Shown here: piece by piece, positions 29,529 through 39,354 of the stretch
Numbering within the stretch: the first letter of the stretch is position 1
Layout of the letters: every line of letters begins with the position of its first letter
Assembly (NCBI GenBank): GCA_963842525.1
Contig: CAWJGT010000009.1
Location: 1,120,001-1,184,000 of the forward strand
DNA length: 64,000 nucleotides
Source of the DNA: an uncultured Holophagales bacterium
Lineage (GTDB): Bacteria; Acidobacteriota; Thermoanaerobaculia; Multivoradales; UBA5704
Direction: 5' to 3'
Position numbers and translations under genes: made by a program
Notes under the pieces: generated by a model
Databases searched by the model: none
What the model was told of the DNA's origin: nothing
What the model saw: only the letters and a program-made list of their open reading frames with translations

Positions 29529-30850
29529 AGCTGCATCCGAGCGACGACATGCTGGAAGGACTGCTGGGAGCGTTGGGGAGCGTGGACCGGGAGCTGCTCT
29601 GGCACGTGGTGGAGTGCGAGCCCTGCCGCGAGCGGCTGTCGCAGTTGCCCCGGCCCGAGCCGGCCGAGCGGGAGGAGCCGGAGGAGCCTTCCTACGAAAA
29701 GGCCTTCGAAACGGCCCTGGGCCGGCTCCACGAGCAGGCGCGCGTCCTCCAGCGGGAGCGCAAGGAGGCCCTCGGCCTCTTCGTCGAGCTGCGGGAACGG
29801 CGGAGCGAGTCAGCGGAGATCGTCCAGCAGGACACCCGTTTCCACACCTGGGCCGTCTTCGAGCTGCTGATCGACCGCAGCGGCGAGACGGGGGCCCAGG
29901 ACCCCGAAGCCGGGGAAGAGCTGGCGCGGCTGGCCCTTCTCGTCGCCGACCGGCTGGACCCGGTCCACTATCCGGCCGTCCTCATCGAGGATCTACGGGC
30001 GCGCGCCTGGGGCTACCTCGGCAACGCCCGCCGCGTAGCCTCGGACCTCGGAGGAGCAGAAGAAGCCATGGACACTGCTCGCGAGCACCTCGAAAGGGGC
30101 ACGGGAGAGCCGATCGAGCAGGCGATCCACCTCGATCTCAAGGCCTCGTTGCGCAGAGGCCAGCGCCGGTTCGAGGAAGCCCTGGAGCTCGTGGATCAGG
30201 CCGTGGCGATCTTCCTGGAAAACGGCGCGCGGCACCGGGCGGGGCGTTCCCTGGTAAACCGCTCACTCGTGCACAACTATTTCGGTCAAAACGAGGGAGC
30301 CAACGAGGCGTTGCGCAAGGCGATCGGTTTGATCGATCCGGAGCGGGAGCCGCGGCTGTTGCTCTGCGCTCGGCATAACCTGACCGGTTACACCGCCGAG
30401 ACTGGCCGCTTTCAGGAGGCCCTCGAGCTCTACCACGAGACGCGCCCGCTCTACCGCGATTTCGTGGATGCCTGGACCCAGAACCGCCGCAAGTGGCTCA
30501 AGGGCAAGATCGACCACGGCCTGGGCCGGCTGGCTGCGGCCGAGTCGTTGTTCCGCGCCGCCCGCGACGGTTTCATGACCGAAGGCATCCCCTATGACAC
30601 CGCGCTGGTGTCCCTCGACCTCGCCCGTCTTTACGCCGAGCAGGGGCGGACCGCCGAGCTGAAGAGTCTGGCCGGAGAGCTGGTACCGCTCTTCGCCTCC
30701 CGCCACATCCACCGCGAAGCCCTGGCCGCCCTGGCGCTCCTCCGTCAGGCGCTGGCTACGGAGACAGCGAATCTCGACCTCGCCGTCCGGGTCGGCGCCT
30801 ACCTCCGGAAAGCCGAAAACGATCCGGAGCTGCGGTTCAGGGAAGGGTGA
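29525..30850 (+). CDS. zinc-finger (ZAS-like) + TPR protein
   Basis: LHPS..LWHVVECEPCRERL (HxxxCxxC), followed by TPR helices (RARAWGYLGNARR, GRFQEAL, LYAEQGR). Confidence 0.8.
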   Translation: MKLHPSDDMLEGLLGALGSVDRELLWHVVECEPCRERLSQLPRPEPAEREEPEEPSYEKAFETALGRLHEQARVLQRERKEALGLFVELRERRSESAEIVQQDTRFHTWAVFELLIDRSGETGAQDPEAGEELARLALLVADRLDPVHYPAVLIEDLRARAWGYLGNARRVASDLGGAEEAMDTAREHLERGTGEPIEQAIHLDLKASLRRGQRRFEEALELVDQAVAIFLENGARHRAGRSLVNRSLVHNYFGQNEGANEALRKAIGLIDPEREPRLLLCARHNLTGYTAETGRFQEALELYHETRPLYRDFVDAWTQNRRKWLKGKIDHGLGRLAAAESLFRAARDGFMTEGIPYDTALVSLDLARLYAEQGRTAELKSLAGELVPLFASRHIHREALAALALLRQALATETANLDLAVRVGAYLRKAENDPELRFREG

Positions 30851-30914
30851 ACGGGCGGCGCCCCCGCGGCGAGCCGGAGGCGTCCATTGATCGCCTTGGA
30901 GAGCACCGTCGCGG

Positions 30915-31058
30915 TTAGCCGCAGCGGTGCGAAACCGTGGGGCAGACGCTGTCATCCGACCATGCGCCGGCGGCCGCCTCGAGAAGCTCCTTGTTGTCGA
31001 GTTGGCGGAGCGTCTCCTTCGCGAGCTCGAGCTTCTTGACGGCTTTTGCCTTTTTCAT
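30915..31058 (-). CDS. 47-aa RiPP (lanthipeptide-like) precursor, absent from the ORF track
   Basis: Manual translation MKKAKAVKKLELAKETLRQLDNKELLEAAAGAWSDDSVCPTVSHRCG*; purine-rich RBS. Confidence 0.8.
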   Translation of the reverse strand: MKKAKAVKKLELAKETLRQLDNKELLEAAAGAWSDDSVCPTVSHRCG

Positions 31059-31361
31059 GATGCTCTTCCTTTCGTCCTAGCAATTCTTCCGCTCCCCACT
31101 TGGGACAGGACACCAGAAGAGTACGTAGAAACCAGGTCCGAGGCATGACCCGACAGCTCATCCGGCAGGAACGGTGCGCTGCTGGCCTGTGGGCAGGGAT
31201 CGCTTGTAGGGAGAAGGAACACGGCGTTACCGGTGCGCCAGGTTGTCGACACCGCCGGTGGTGACGTCGACCTCGAAATCGCCGTTTGGAGCAATGGAGG
31301 TGCACGGCGCCACAAGAGTTGGCTTTACGAACCAGTCCAACCCTACGCGCGCAGGGACACC

Positions 31362-32732
31362 TCATAGCTCAAGAGCTACCTGCGCGGATTCCGGGCGGAT
31401 CAACAGCTTTCTGGCGATCATATCGGCTGTGACGCTGAACCAGCGTTCACGGGATGTCGGGCGACCAGGGCCGAGGGTGACGATGGACGTACGACCATCG
31501 ATCGTCACCGATTCGACGGTCACCGCAATGGTGCCGCCAGGCAAGTCTACGGCGATGTCCCGATCCCATTCGAGGAGCCTTCCTCCAAGGTCGATTCGGT
31601 GCTCCTTTGCAACATCGCGATACTCAGTCCACCAAACGTCCACGCCCAAGGCGCCGCGGGCGTCCTTGCTGATGGTTTGGCCTAATACACGGACGCACTG
31701 GCCGTGATTGATGGTCTCGCCGCGCAACTGGAAACCCGCGGCGCTCTTCTCGAAGACTCCGTGGAAGCGAGAATCTGAGCCGCTGAAAGCGACGCTCGTC
31801 CTGACCGATTCAGGATCGATGGACCATCCTGAGGTCGCGTTGACGTTCCAATTGTGGCTCTGCCTTCCCTGGCAGTGATCGTTGTGATGGTGAAAGTCCT
31901 GCTTTCTCTCAACGGTCTCGCGCTCCATGGTTGTGTAAACAGCGCCGACCCGAAGAGTTCCGAATTTGCGCGGGATCGTGAAGACGCTAAGCTGGTAGGC
32001 GTAGGATTCGTGTTCGTCTGAGAGCGCGAAGAAGCCCGCAAGCTTATCGATCAGATTCCTGTGATTGAAGACCACGAGTCTCCCGGAATTCTGGGAGATC
32101 CTTTCAGGGAAAGAGAATGCCTGTCGTGGGCAAAGGAATTCGAGCTGATTTTCCAATTTCGCCATTCGTCGGCAGGAGACTGCACCGAAGGTGAGGTCAG
32201 GGTCCCTGAATCCGAGCCACGAGCCCTCGATCCTGATCCTGACTCCCTCGTCCGCGCCCGAGGCCAGGAGACCAGCAGGGGAATAACCCAGGACGCGGGG
32301 ACGGGTCTTCGATCCGGGTAGAGTTCCGATTGCGTCGTTCAGGAACCCCAAGGTCCTCTCGATATCCCGCATGGTGATCTTGGATGTCTTCCGCCAGTGG
32401 TCGATGGTCGCCTGGAGATTCGTGAAGAGCTTCTGTTGAGCATCGTTGACCTCTGAAAACGTTTTTCCGATGAGCCCGTTGGCCAGGATGTCCAGGTTCT
32501 GGAGGATCAGGAGAAGATGTTGCCGGATGGCAAAGCTTTCGCGACCAACGGTGCTCCCCATTTGATCCACAACCTCCTGGATGTCCTTCTTGGCGGTCGA
32601 GATCACAGATTCGATGGCCGTCGAGCCGATAACGACCGCCGCCGGGTCTAAGGCGTGAGCTTGTTGCTCGGTCAATAGGAGGGGGCTCAAGCCGAGCAGG
32701 TAGACGAGAAAGAGAGAGATCCCGCGTTTCAC
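31362..32732 (-). CDS. hypothetical secreted protein
   Basis: AGGAGG RBS, GTG start, signal peptide ending AHA; helical N-half, beta-rich C-half with Cys pairs; lower GC. Confidence 0.75.
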   Translation of the reverse strand: MKRGISLFLVYLLGLSPLLLTEQQAHALDPAAVVIGSTAIESVISTAKKDIQEVVDQMGSTVGRESFAIRQHLLLILQNLDILANGLIGKTFSEVNDAQQKLFTNLQATIDHWRKTSKITMRDIERTLGFLNDAIGTLPGSKTRPRVLGYSPAGLLASGADEGVRIRIEGSWLGFRDPDLTFGAVSCRRMAKLENQLEFLCPRQAFSFPERISQNSGRLVVFNHRNLIDKLAGFFALSDEHESYAYQLSVFTIPRKFGTLRVGAVYTTMERETVERKQDFHHHNDHCQGRQSHNWNVNATSGWSIDPESVRTSVAFSGSDSRFHGVFEKSAAGFQLRGETINHGQCVRVLGQTISKDARGALGVDVWWTEYRDVAKEHRIDLGGRLLEWDRDIAVDLPGGTIAVTVESVTIDGRTSIVTLGPGRPTSRERWFSVTADMIARKLLIRPESAQVALEL

Positions 32733-32862
32733 ACTGCACCTCCTGAAAGTGGGGGAGATCCCCGCCAGACCATGAGACACCAATCAGCGGGGAATTGTTT
32801 GCCCGCCTCAACCCAATCTCCCGGTGCCGTGTCTCATCTGTCGAGGGCCTTGCGAGGGGACC

Positions 32863-34160
32863 ATGGCGATCGACTACGAAGATTTCGTCCTCTCCTTCGA
32901 CCCGGATCCCGGCGAAGAGCTCAGGATCCGCGCGAAATCACCGGCTGGGGAAGGGGAGGAGCGGGCCCCGTGGCAGGATGAACAACTTGGGCGAGCGATT
33001 CTCGAGGCGGGTTTCTATCGGCAGGACCGCCCGCCGGCACGCCACCTCGTCCTGGAAGGTCCGGCTCCGCCTTTTGATCCGACCGCCGAAGAGGTTGGGC
33101 GGCAGCTCTTCGATTTTGCCTTCCGGGGACGGATCCGGACCCTCTTCGACCAGAGCCTGGGGCTGACGCGGGCCCTGTACCGCGGGCTGCGCATCGTGCT
33201 GCGTTTCGATGTCCAAGATGCTGCGGGGCAACGGCTAGCCGATCTCCCCTGGGAGATGCTCTACCGCCCGGAGTCGGGCGAATTCTTCGTGCTCGATCCC
33301 AGGACTCCCATCGTCCGCTACCTCGATGTCGCCCAGTTCGAACCTTCTGCCTCCACTGCGCGACGTGCCGCGCGTGCTGATCGCGTTCTCGGCGGCCGCC
33401 GATCTGGCGTTTCTCCAGGGAGAGCTGGAGGCGGAGAAGCTCAGGAAGGCTCTGCGCAACTCGGGGATCGAGGCCTTGCCGCCCGTGTCGGCCCGCGTCG
33501 AATCGCTCGCGCAGGCCTTGAAGAAGCAACGTTGCCATGCCTTCCACTACATTGGTCATGGAGGTTTCGATGAGGCGACCGGAAGTGGGGTGCTCTATTT
33601 CGAACGGGGTGGCGCATCGTCCGAGGCGGTGAGCGGTGAGCGACTCGCGACGATGCTCGCCGGTGCCGTCCACCCGCAGATATGCCCTGTTCCGCCGGGG
33701 CTGGAGCTTTGTGGAGCGCCTACCCGTGGCCTTCGGCTACTCACTGGCGCATCTGGGTTCTCTGCGGCGCCTGTATCAGGGGCTGTTCTTTTGCCTGTTC
33801 TTGGTCTTCCCCATGGCGGCCCAGGTCCACTTCTTCGACAAGATGACCGGGGGAGAGGTGAAGGACTGGACGAACAAGTACCAGGAGCTCAACGTCTGGA
33901 CGCCGGTGCCGTGGAAGGAGCTGGACGACGAGAACTGGCACCGCTTCATGTACGGGGAGGACACACTCACGTTCTATCCGTTCGTGATGCCGCTCGGGAT
34001 GCTGATCATCGAGATCGTAATCGGCGCCTTCTTCCTCCATACGGCTACGGTTCTGTTCACCGGGGAGAGACGTTCCGGGCGGGGCCGGAGAGGGGCCCTC
34101 TTCCGCCGCTTCACCCGCAGAATCCTCCACCCCCAGCCCAGAGAAGTACGCAGGAAATAG
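32863..34160 (+). pseudogene. CHAT-domain protein with C-terminal membrane domain; frameshifted, catalytic Cys region not found
   Basis: LADLPWEML, PIVRY and FHYIGHG are present. There is no LNAC motif before the switch to a 2-TM segment near 33670. Confidence 0.65.
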
Positions 34161-34257
34161 GCTTGACGCCGGAACGAACCGGCGACCGCCGGCGCCTATG
34201 CATCGGGTGGTCTCTCGGGTGCGGTAGTCTATTGGCATTCTGAAGGGGAGGACCGGC

Positions 34258-35649
34258 TTGCCTGCGAGCGAGGATTTCTGGGACGACATCCTTGGGCATT
34301 TGAGGGACCGGGTGCTTCTGCCTGTGGTGGGACCGGAGCTCGTCACGGTCCAGGATGGCGACCGGCGGGTGAGCCTGTCGCGGCTCCTGGGCGAGCGTGT
34401 CGCCGCGCGGTATCAGCTCGACGTGAGCTGGGGGCCGCTCTCGGGGCTTGACGACGCGGTCGGCGCGTTCCTCGCCGCGCGCGGCAGCCGTGAGGCAGAG
34501 CGCCTCTATCGCGTGGTCAACGACCTCGTCTCCGATTTCAATCCGCCGCCGCCGGAGGCGCTGCGCCAGCTCGCGGGCATCCGGGACTTCCGCCTCTTCC
34601 TCAGCACCACCTTCGATCCGCTGCTCGCGCGGGCGATCAACGAGGTCCGCTTCGGCGGCGAGCCGCGCACGCGCGAGCTGTGGTTCTCGCCCAACCAGTC
34701 GACGGCCGAGCAGCAGGAGAACGCGCGCGAGCCCCGCGAGTCCGATACGGTCGTTTTCAAGCTGTTCGGCAAGGCGTCGTCCACGCCGCAGTACGCGATC
34801 CACGACGAGGATGTGCTCGAATGGCTGCACGTGCTGCTCACCGAGACGGCGCGGCTGCCCGAGTGGCTGGGCGACGAGCTGAAGGCGAGCCCGGTCCTCT
34901 TCCTGGGCTGCCAGCTCTCGGACTGGATCGGCCGCCTGCTGACCCGCATGGCGAGCAAGAGCCGCCTCTCGCTGGAGAGCAAGCAGTTTTTCATCGTGGG
35001 CGAGTCGGTCGCGAGTTACCCCGCGCTCACGCGGTTTTTCCAGACGTTTTGCGGCGGCACGCGCGTCCAGGTGCTCGAAGCCGATCCCGCCGCGTTCGTC
35101 GCCGAGCTGTCCGAGCGCTGGCACAAACGCAATCCACAAGCCGCGGCGGCGACAGCCGCGGGAATGGCGCAAGCCGCGCCGCCGGCCGGCAAGGGAAGCA
35201 TTTTCATCAGCTATGTACGGGAGGACGCCGATGCCGCGCGCCGGCTCTGCGATGCGCTTTCGGACATCGGCGGCGACGTCTGGCTCGACGAGCGGCGCCT
35301 CCAGCCGGGCGACCGGTGGGAAGAGGAAATCCTTGCGAGCATCCGGCGCGAGGTCCGGCTCTTCCTGCCGGTGATCTCCAGGCACACCGAAAGCCGCGAG
35401 GAAGGCTACGTGTTCAAGGAGTGGCGGGAGGCGGTGGAGCGGGCGAAGGGCATTCCGCCGGGGGGCCGCAAATTCATCGTTCCGATCGTCATCGACGCCG
35501 AGTACGACGGCAACCCATCACGTTACCGGCAGGTACCCGACGCGTTCACGGTGTCCCACTGGGGGCGGGCCCCCGGCGGCGATCCCGACGAGGACCTGGT
35601 CAGCGCGCTGCGGGACGCCATCCGCGACATGCGGCGCAAGGAGGCGTGA
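34258..35649 (+). CDS. SIR2-like domain (degenerate) + TIR domain protein
   Basis: PVVGPEL, FLSTTFD, VFKLFG, LFLGCQLSDW, then IFISYVRED..VWLD..L.PGD.W..YVFKEW. Confidence 0.85.
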   Translation: MPASEDFWDDILGHLRDRVLLPVVGPELVTVQDGDRRVSLSRLLGERVAARYQLDVSWGPLSGLDDAVGAFLAARGSREAERLYRVVNDLVSDFNPPPPEALRQLAGIRDFRLFLSTTFDPLLARAINEVRFGGEPRTRELWFSPNQSTAEQQENAREPRESDTVVFKLFGKASSTPQYAIHDEDVLEWLHVLLTETARLPEWLGDELKASPVLFLGCQLSDWIGRLLTRMASKSRLSLESKQFFIVGESVASYPALTRFFQTFCGGTRVQVLEADPAAFVAELSERWHKRNPQAAAATAAGMAQAAPPAGKGSIFISYVREDADAARRLCDALSDIGGDVWLDERRLQPGDRWEEEILASIRREVRLFLPVISRHTESREEGYVFKEWREAVERAKGIPPGGRKFIVPIVIDAEYDGNPSRYRQVPDAFTVSHWGRAPGGDPDEDLVSALRDAIRDMRRKEA

Positions 35650-38600
35650 TGCACGGCACCCTCGTCGCGGCTGCGCCTACCACCCAGCTCGATCCGGATA
35701 ATCCGTGGCCGGGGCTCGAATCCTTCGAAGAGGAAGCACGGGACTACTTCCACGGCCGCGAAGCGGAGACCGAAGAGCTGCTCCGTCGCGTGGCCGACGC
35801 GCCTCTCACGGTGCTCTTCGGCAAGTCCGGCCTCGGCAAGACCTCGCTGCTGAAGGCGGGGCTCTTCCCGAAGCTGCGCGAGAAGCATTTCCTTCCCGTC
35901 CACGTGCGCCTGGACATCCGCCCGGAGGCGCCGGAGCTGATCGATCAGCTTCGCGACGGCCTGCGCGCGGCGATCGAACGCGAGCGCGTCGACGCACCGC
36001 CCTTTGCCGAAGGCGAAACGCTCTGGGAATATCTGCATCGTGCGGACCTTGAGCTGTGGAGCGAGCAGAACTATCCGCTCACTCCGGTGCTGGTCCTCGA
36101 TCAGTTCGAGGAGGTCTTCACCCTGGGCGAACGCCTCCCCGAGGCGGTGGCTCAGTGCAAGGTCGACCTCGGAGACCTCGCCGAGAACCGCATCCCCGAG
36201 GCGCTGGCGGGCCGGTTGGCGGCGGACGCCTCGACGGCGCAGCGGCTCGACCTGCGGCGCATGGGCTACAAGCTGATCGTGACATTGCGCGAGGACTTTC
36301 TGCCGCACCTCGAAGGCTGGCGCGCGGCCGTGCCGTCGCTGGGTCGCGTGCGTGTGCGGCTGCTCCCCATGCGCCCCGAGCAGGCCCTGTCGGCCGTGCA
36401 CGACACCGCGCCGCATCTCATGGACGAGCCGCTGGCCCGGCGCATCGTCGCGTTCGTCGCCGCGGCGCAGGTGGAGGCGACGGCGGCGCAAGGCGACGGG
36501 ATCGCGCAGGAGCCCGCCGGCGGCGAGATCGAGCCGGCGCTCCTGAGCCTTTTCTGTCGCGGGCTCAACCAGCGGCGCAAGCGGCAGGGCAAGGACCGTT
36601 TCGACGAGCAGCTCCTCGAAGGCGCCCAGCAGAGCATCATCGCGGACTACTACCGCTCCTGCGTCGAAGGCCTGCCCGACAGCGTGAGCCGGTTCATCGA
36701 AACCGATCTGATCACGGAGAAAGGCTTTCGAAACAGTTATGCGAAGGACGATGCCGTTCCGGCCTTCCTCACCCAGGAGCAGCTCGACCGGCTGATCAAC
36801 CGCCGGCTCCTCCGGCTGGAGGAGCGCTACGGCACCGTGCGCATCGAGCTGACGCACGATCTCCTGACCCGGGCGGTGATGGCGGATCGCGACCGGCGCC
36901 GGGTGGAGGAGGAGAAGGCGGCGCTCGCGGCGCAGGCCCGCAGGCAGCGGCAGCGCGTTCTCGCCATGGCCGTAATCGCCCTGATCTGCCTTGTTTTTGC
37001 CGGATTCGCGGCCCGGATGTGGCGGGCGGCGGTCGCCGCGAAAACAGAGGCCGAGGCGGAGAAGAACGAAGCGAAGAATCAGAGAGACAGAGCGTTCAGA
37101 GCAGAAGGTGTGGCAGAAAGGCAAGCCCGGCTGGCGCGTGAAGCGCACACGAAAGCGGAAGCGAACCGAGTGCGCGCCGAAGCCGCCCGCAGCAAAGCCC
37201 TTGAAGCACAACGAAGCTCGCTCTCGGCCAAGCTCGCGTCCGACTCGCGTGCGGAACGGGGCCGGGAAGCTGATCTGTCGTTTCTGCTCGGGGCCGCCGC
37301 GTGGTCCGCGAAGCCAACCCTTGAAGCCAAAAATGCTCTGCTGAGCGGCCTTCTGGAGCAGCCGGCCCTCCGCGGCGTGCTTCCTCCGCGCTCCGGGGGG
37401 AGCGCCGTCGCCTTCAGCCCCGATGGCCGAACCCTTGCCGCGGAAGGCGGGAGCAACACCATCGTCCTTTGGGATGTCGCCCGCCATACGCAGCTCGGCC
37501 GGCCGTTCGTCGGGCACGGGGAATCGATCACGAGTGTGGCTTTCAGCCTCGACGGCAAGACGCTCGCCACAGGAGGCAGGGACGACACGGTCATCCTCTG
37601 GGATGTAGGCAGCCGGCTGCCCCTCCGCCTGCCACTCCGACACAGAGATTGGGTCAGGAGCGTGGCTTTCAGCCCCGACGGCAAGACGCTCGCCTCGGGA
37701 AGCGACGACAAGACAGTCATCCTCTGGGATGTCCCGAGCCGTCAGCCTCTCGGCGAGCCGCTGGAGGGTCACGGGCACTCGGTTTCGAGCGTCGCCTTCA
37801 GCCCTGACGGCAAAGCCTTTGCCTCGGGAAGCGAGGACAACTCGGTCATCCTGTGGGACATCGCAAGCCGTCACGGCGAGCCGCTGAAAGGCCATGAGGG
37901 CTCGGTCACGAGCGTCGCCTTCAGCCCTGATGGCAAGGCTCTCGCCTCGGGAAGTGAGGATGAAACTGTTCTCCTCTGGGACATCCCGAGCCGAAAACCC
38001 CTCGGCGAGCCGTTCACCGGGCACAAGGAATCGGTCAAGAGCATCGCCTTCAGCCCTGACGGCAAGGCCCTCGCCTCGGGAAGTGAGGATGGCACCGTCA
38101 TCCTCTGGGACGTCCCGAGCCGCCAACCGCTCGGAGGGCCGCTGGTTGGACACAAAGGCTGGGTCTTGAGCGTGGCCTTCAGCCCCGATGGCAAAACACT
38201 CGCCGCAGGAACCGAGAAGGCAGCGTTGCTCTGGGATCTCACCGGCCGCACGGCGCTCGGCGAGCCGCTGGCCGCAAACAAGGGTTCGGTCTTGAGCGTC
38301 GCTTTCAGTCCCAATGGCAAGACCCTCGCGGCGGGAACCTGGAGCTCGAGCCGTTGTCCTCTGGGACGTCGCGCGCCGTAAACCCGTGGGCGAGCTGACC
38401 GGGGACTCGGACACAGATACAGTTTCGATCGTTGCTTTCCGCCCCGATGGCAAGACCCTTGCCGCGGGAAGTGGTAAGACCATCATCCTCTGGGACGTCG
38501 CGCGCCGCAGGCCCCTGGGCGAGCCATTGGTCGGACACACGAGGGTCTCGAGCGTGGCCTTCAGCCCCGATGGCAGGACCCTTGCCTCAGGGAGCAACGA

Positions 38601-39294
38601 CGGAACGATCGTCCTTCGGGATGTCGCCAGCCGCAAGCCCGTCGGCAAACCGTTGGCGAAGCACAAGGAACTGATCTGGAGTCTCGCCTTCAGCCCTGAC
38701 GGCAAGACCCTCGCTTCAGGGAGCGACGACAGAACCGTCATCCTCTGGGATGTCGCCCGCCGCACGCCCCTCGGCAAGCCACTGGCCGGACCCGGAGGCT
38801 GGGTCGTGAGCGTGGCCTTCAGCCCCGACGGCAGGATCCTTGCCGCGGGTCGTGAGGACGGGTCCGTCAACCTCTGGGACATCGCCCGCCTCACCCCTAC
38901 CCCTCTCGGCGACCCGCTGGCCGGCCATGAGGAGTGGGTCCAGAGCGTCAGCTTCAGCCCTGACGGCAAGACCCTCGCCTCGGGAGGCATCGACGGGAAC
39001 GTCATCCTCTGGGATGTCGCACGCCGCACGCGTCTCGGCGAAAAGCTGGCCGGGCACAAGGACCGGGTCATGAGCGTGAGCTTCAGCTCCGACGGCAAGA
39101 CACTCGCCGCGGGAATCCGGGACGGGACCGTCCTCCTCTGGGACGTCGATCCGGACTCGTGGAGCCGCCGAGCCTGCTCGATTGCCAGCCGCAACCTCAC
39201 ATGCGACGAATGGCGCCGCTATCTGCTCGACGAGCCGTACCGGAAGATCTGCCCCGGGCTTCCAGGTCCCGAGCGCTGCGCAGGTCAACAATGA
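35649..39294 (+). CDS. nSTAND1-type NTPase + TM + coiled coil + 14 WD40 repeats; frameshift near 38345
   Basis: NPWPGL..F, GKSGLGKTS, LVLDQFEE, ELTHD, TM helix, 14 (A/S)FSPDG-type repeats, RNLTCDEW tail; TGATG overlap with the SIR2-TIR gene. Confidence 0.9.
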
Positions 39295-39354
39295 GGAGGA
39301 GCATCGTGGATACTTGCAATGACTTCCGCTTGATAGGCGACGATGGCGTCGCTT

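Noticed and set aside
34680-35648. N-terminal extension of the 1233-aa ORF
   Set aside because: An Arg/Ala-rich off-frame overlap of SIR2-TIR; the true start is the ATG at 35649
35523-39200. 1225-aa minus-strand ORF and similar long antisense ORFs
   Set aside because: Shadow frames of GC-rich genes; its repeats mirror the WD40 repeats
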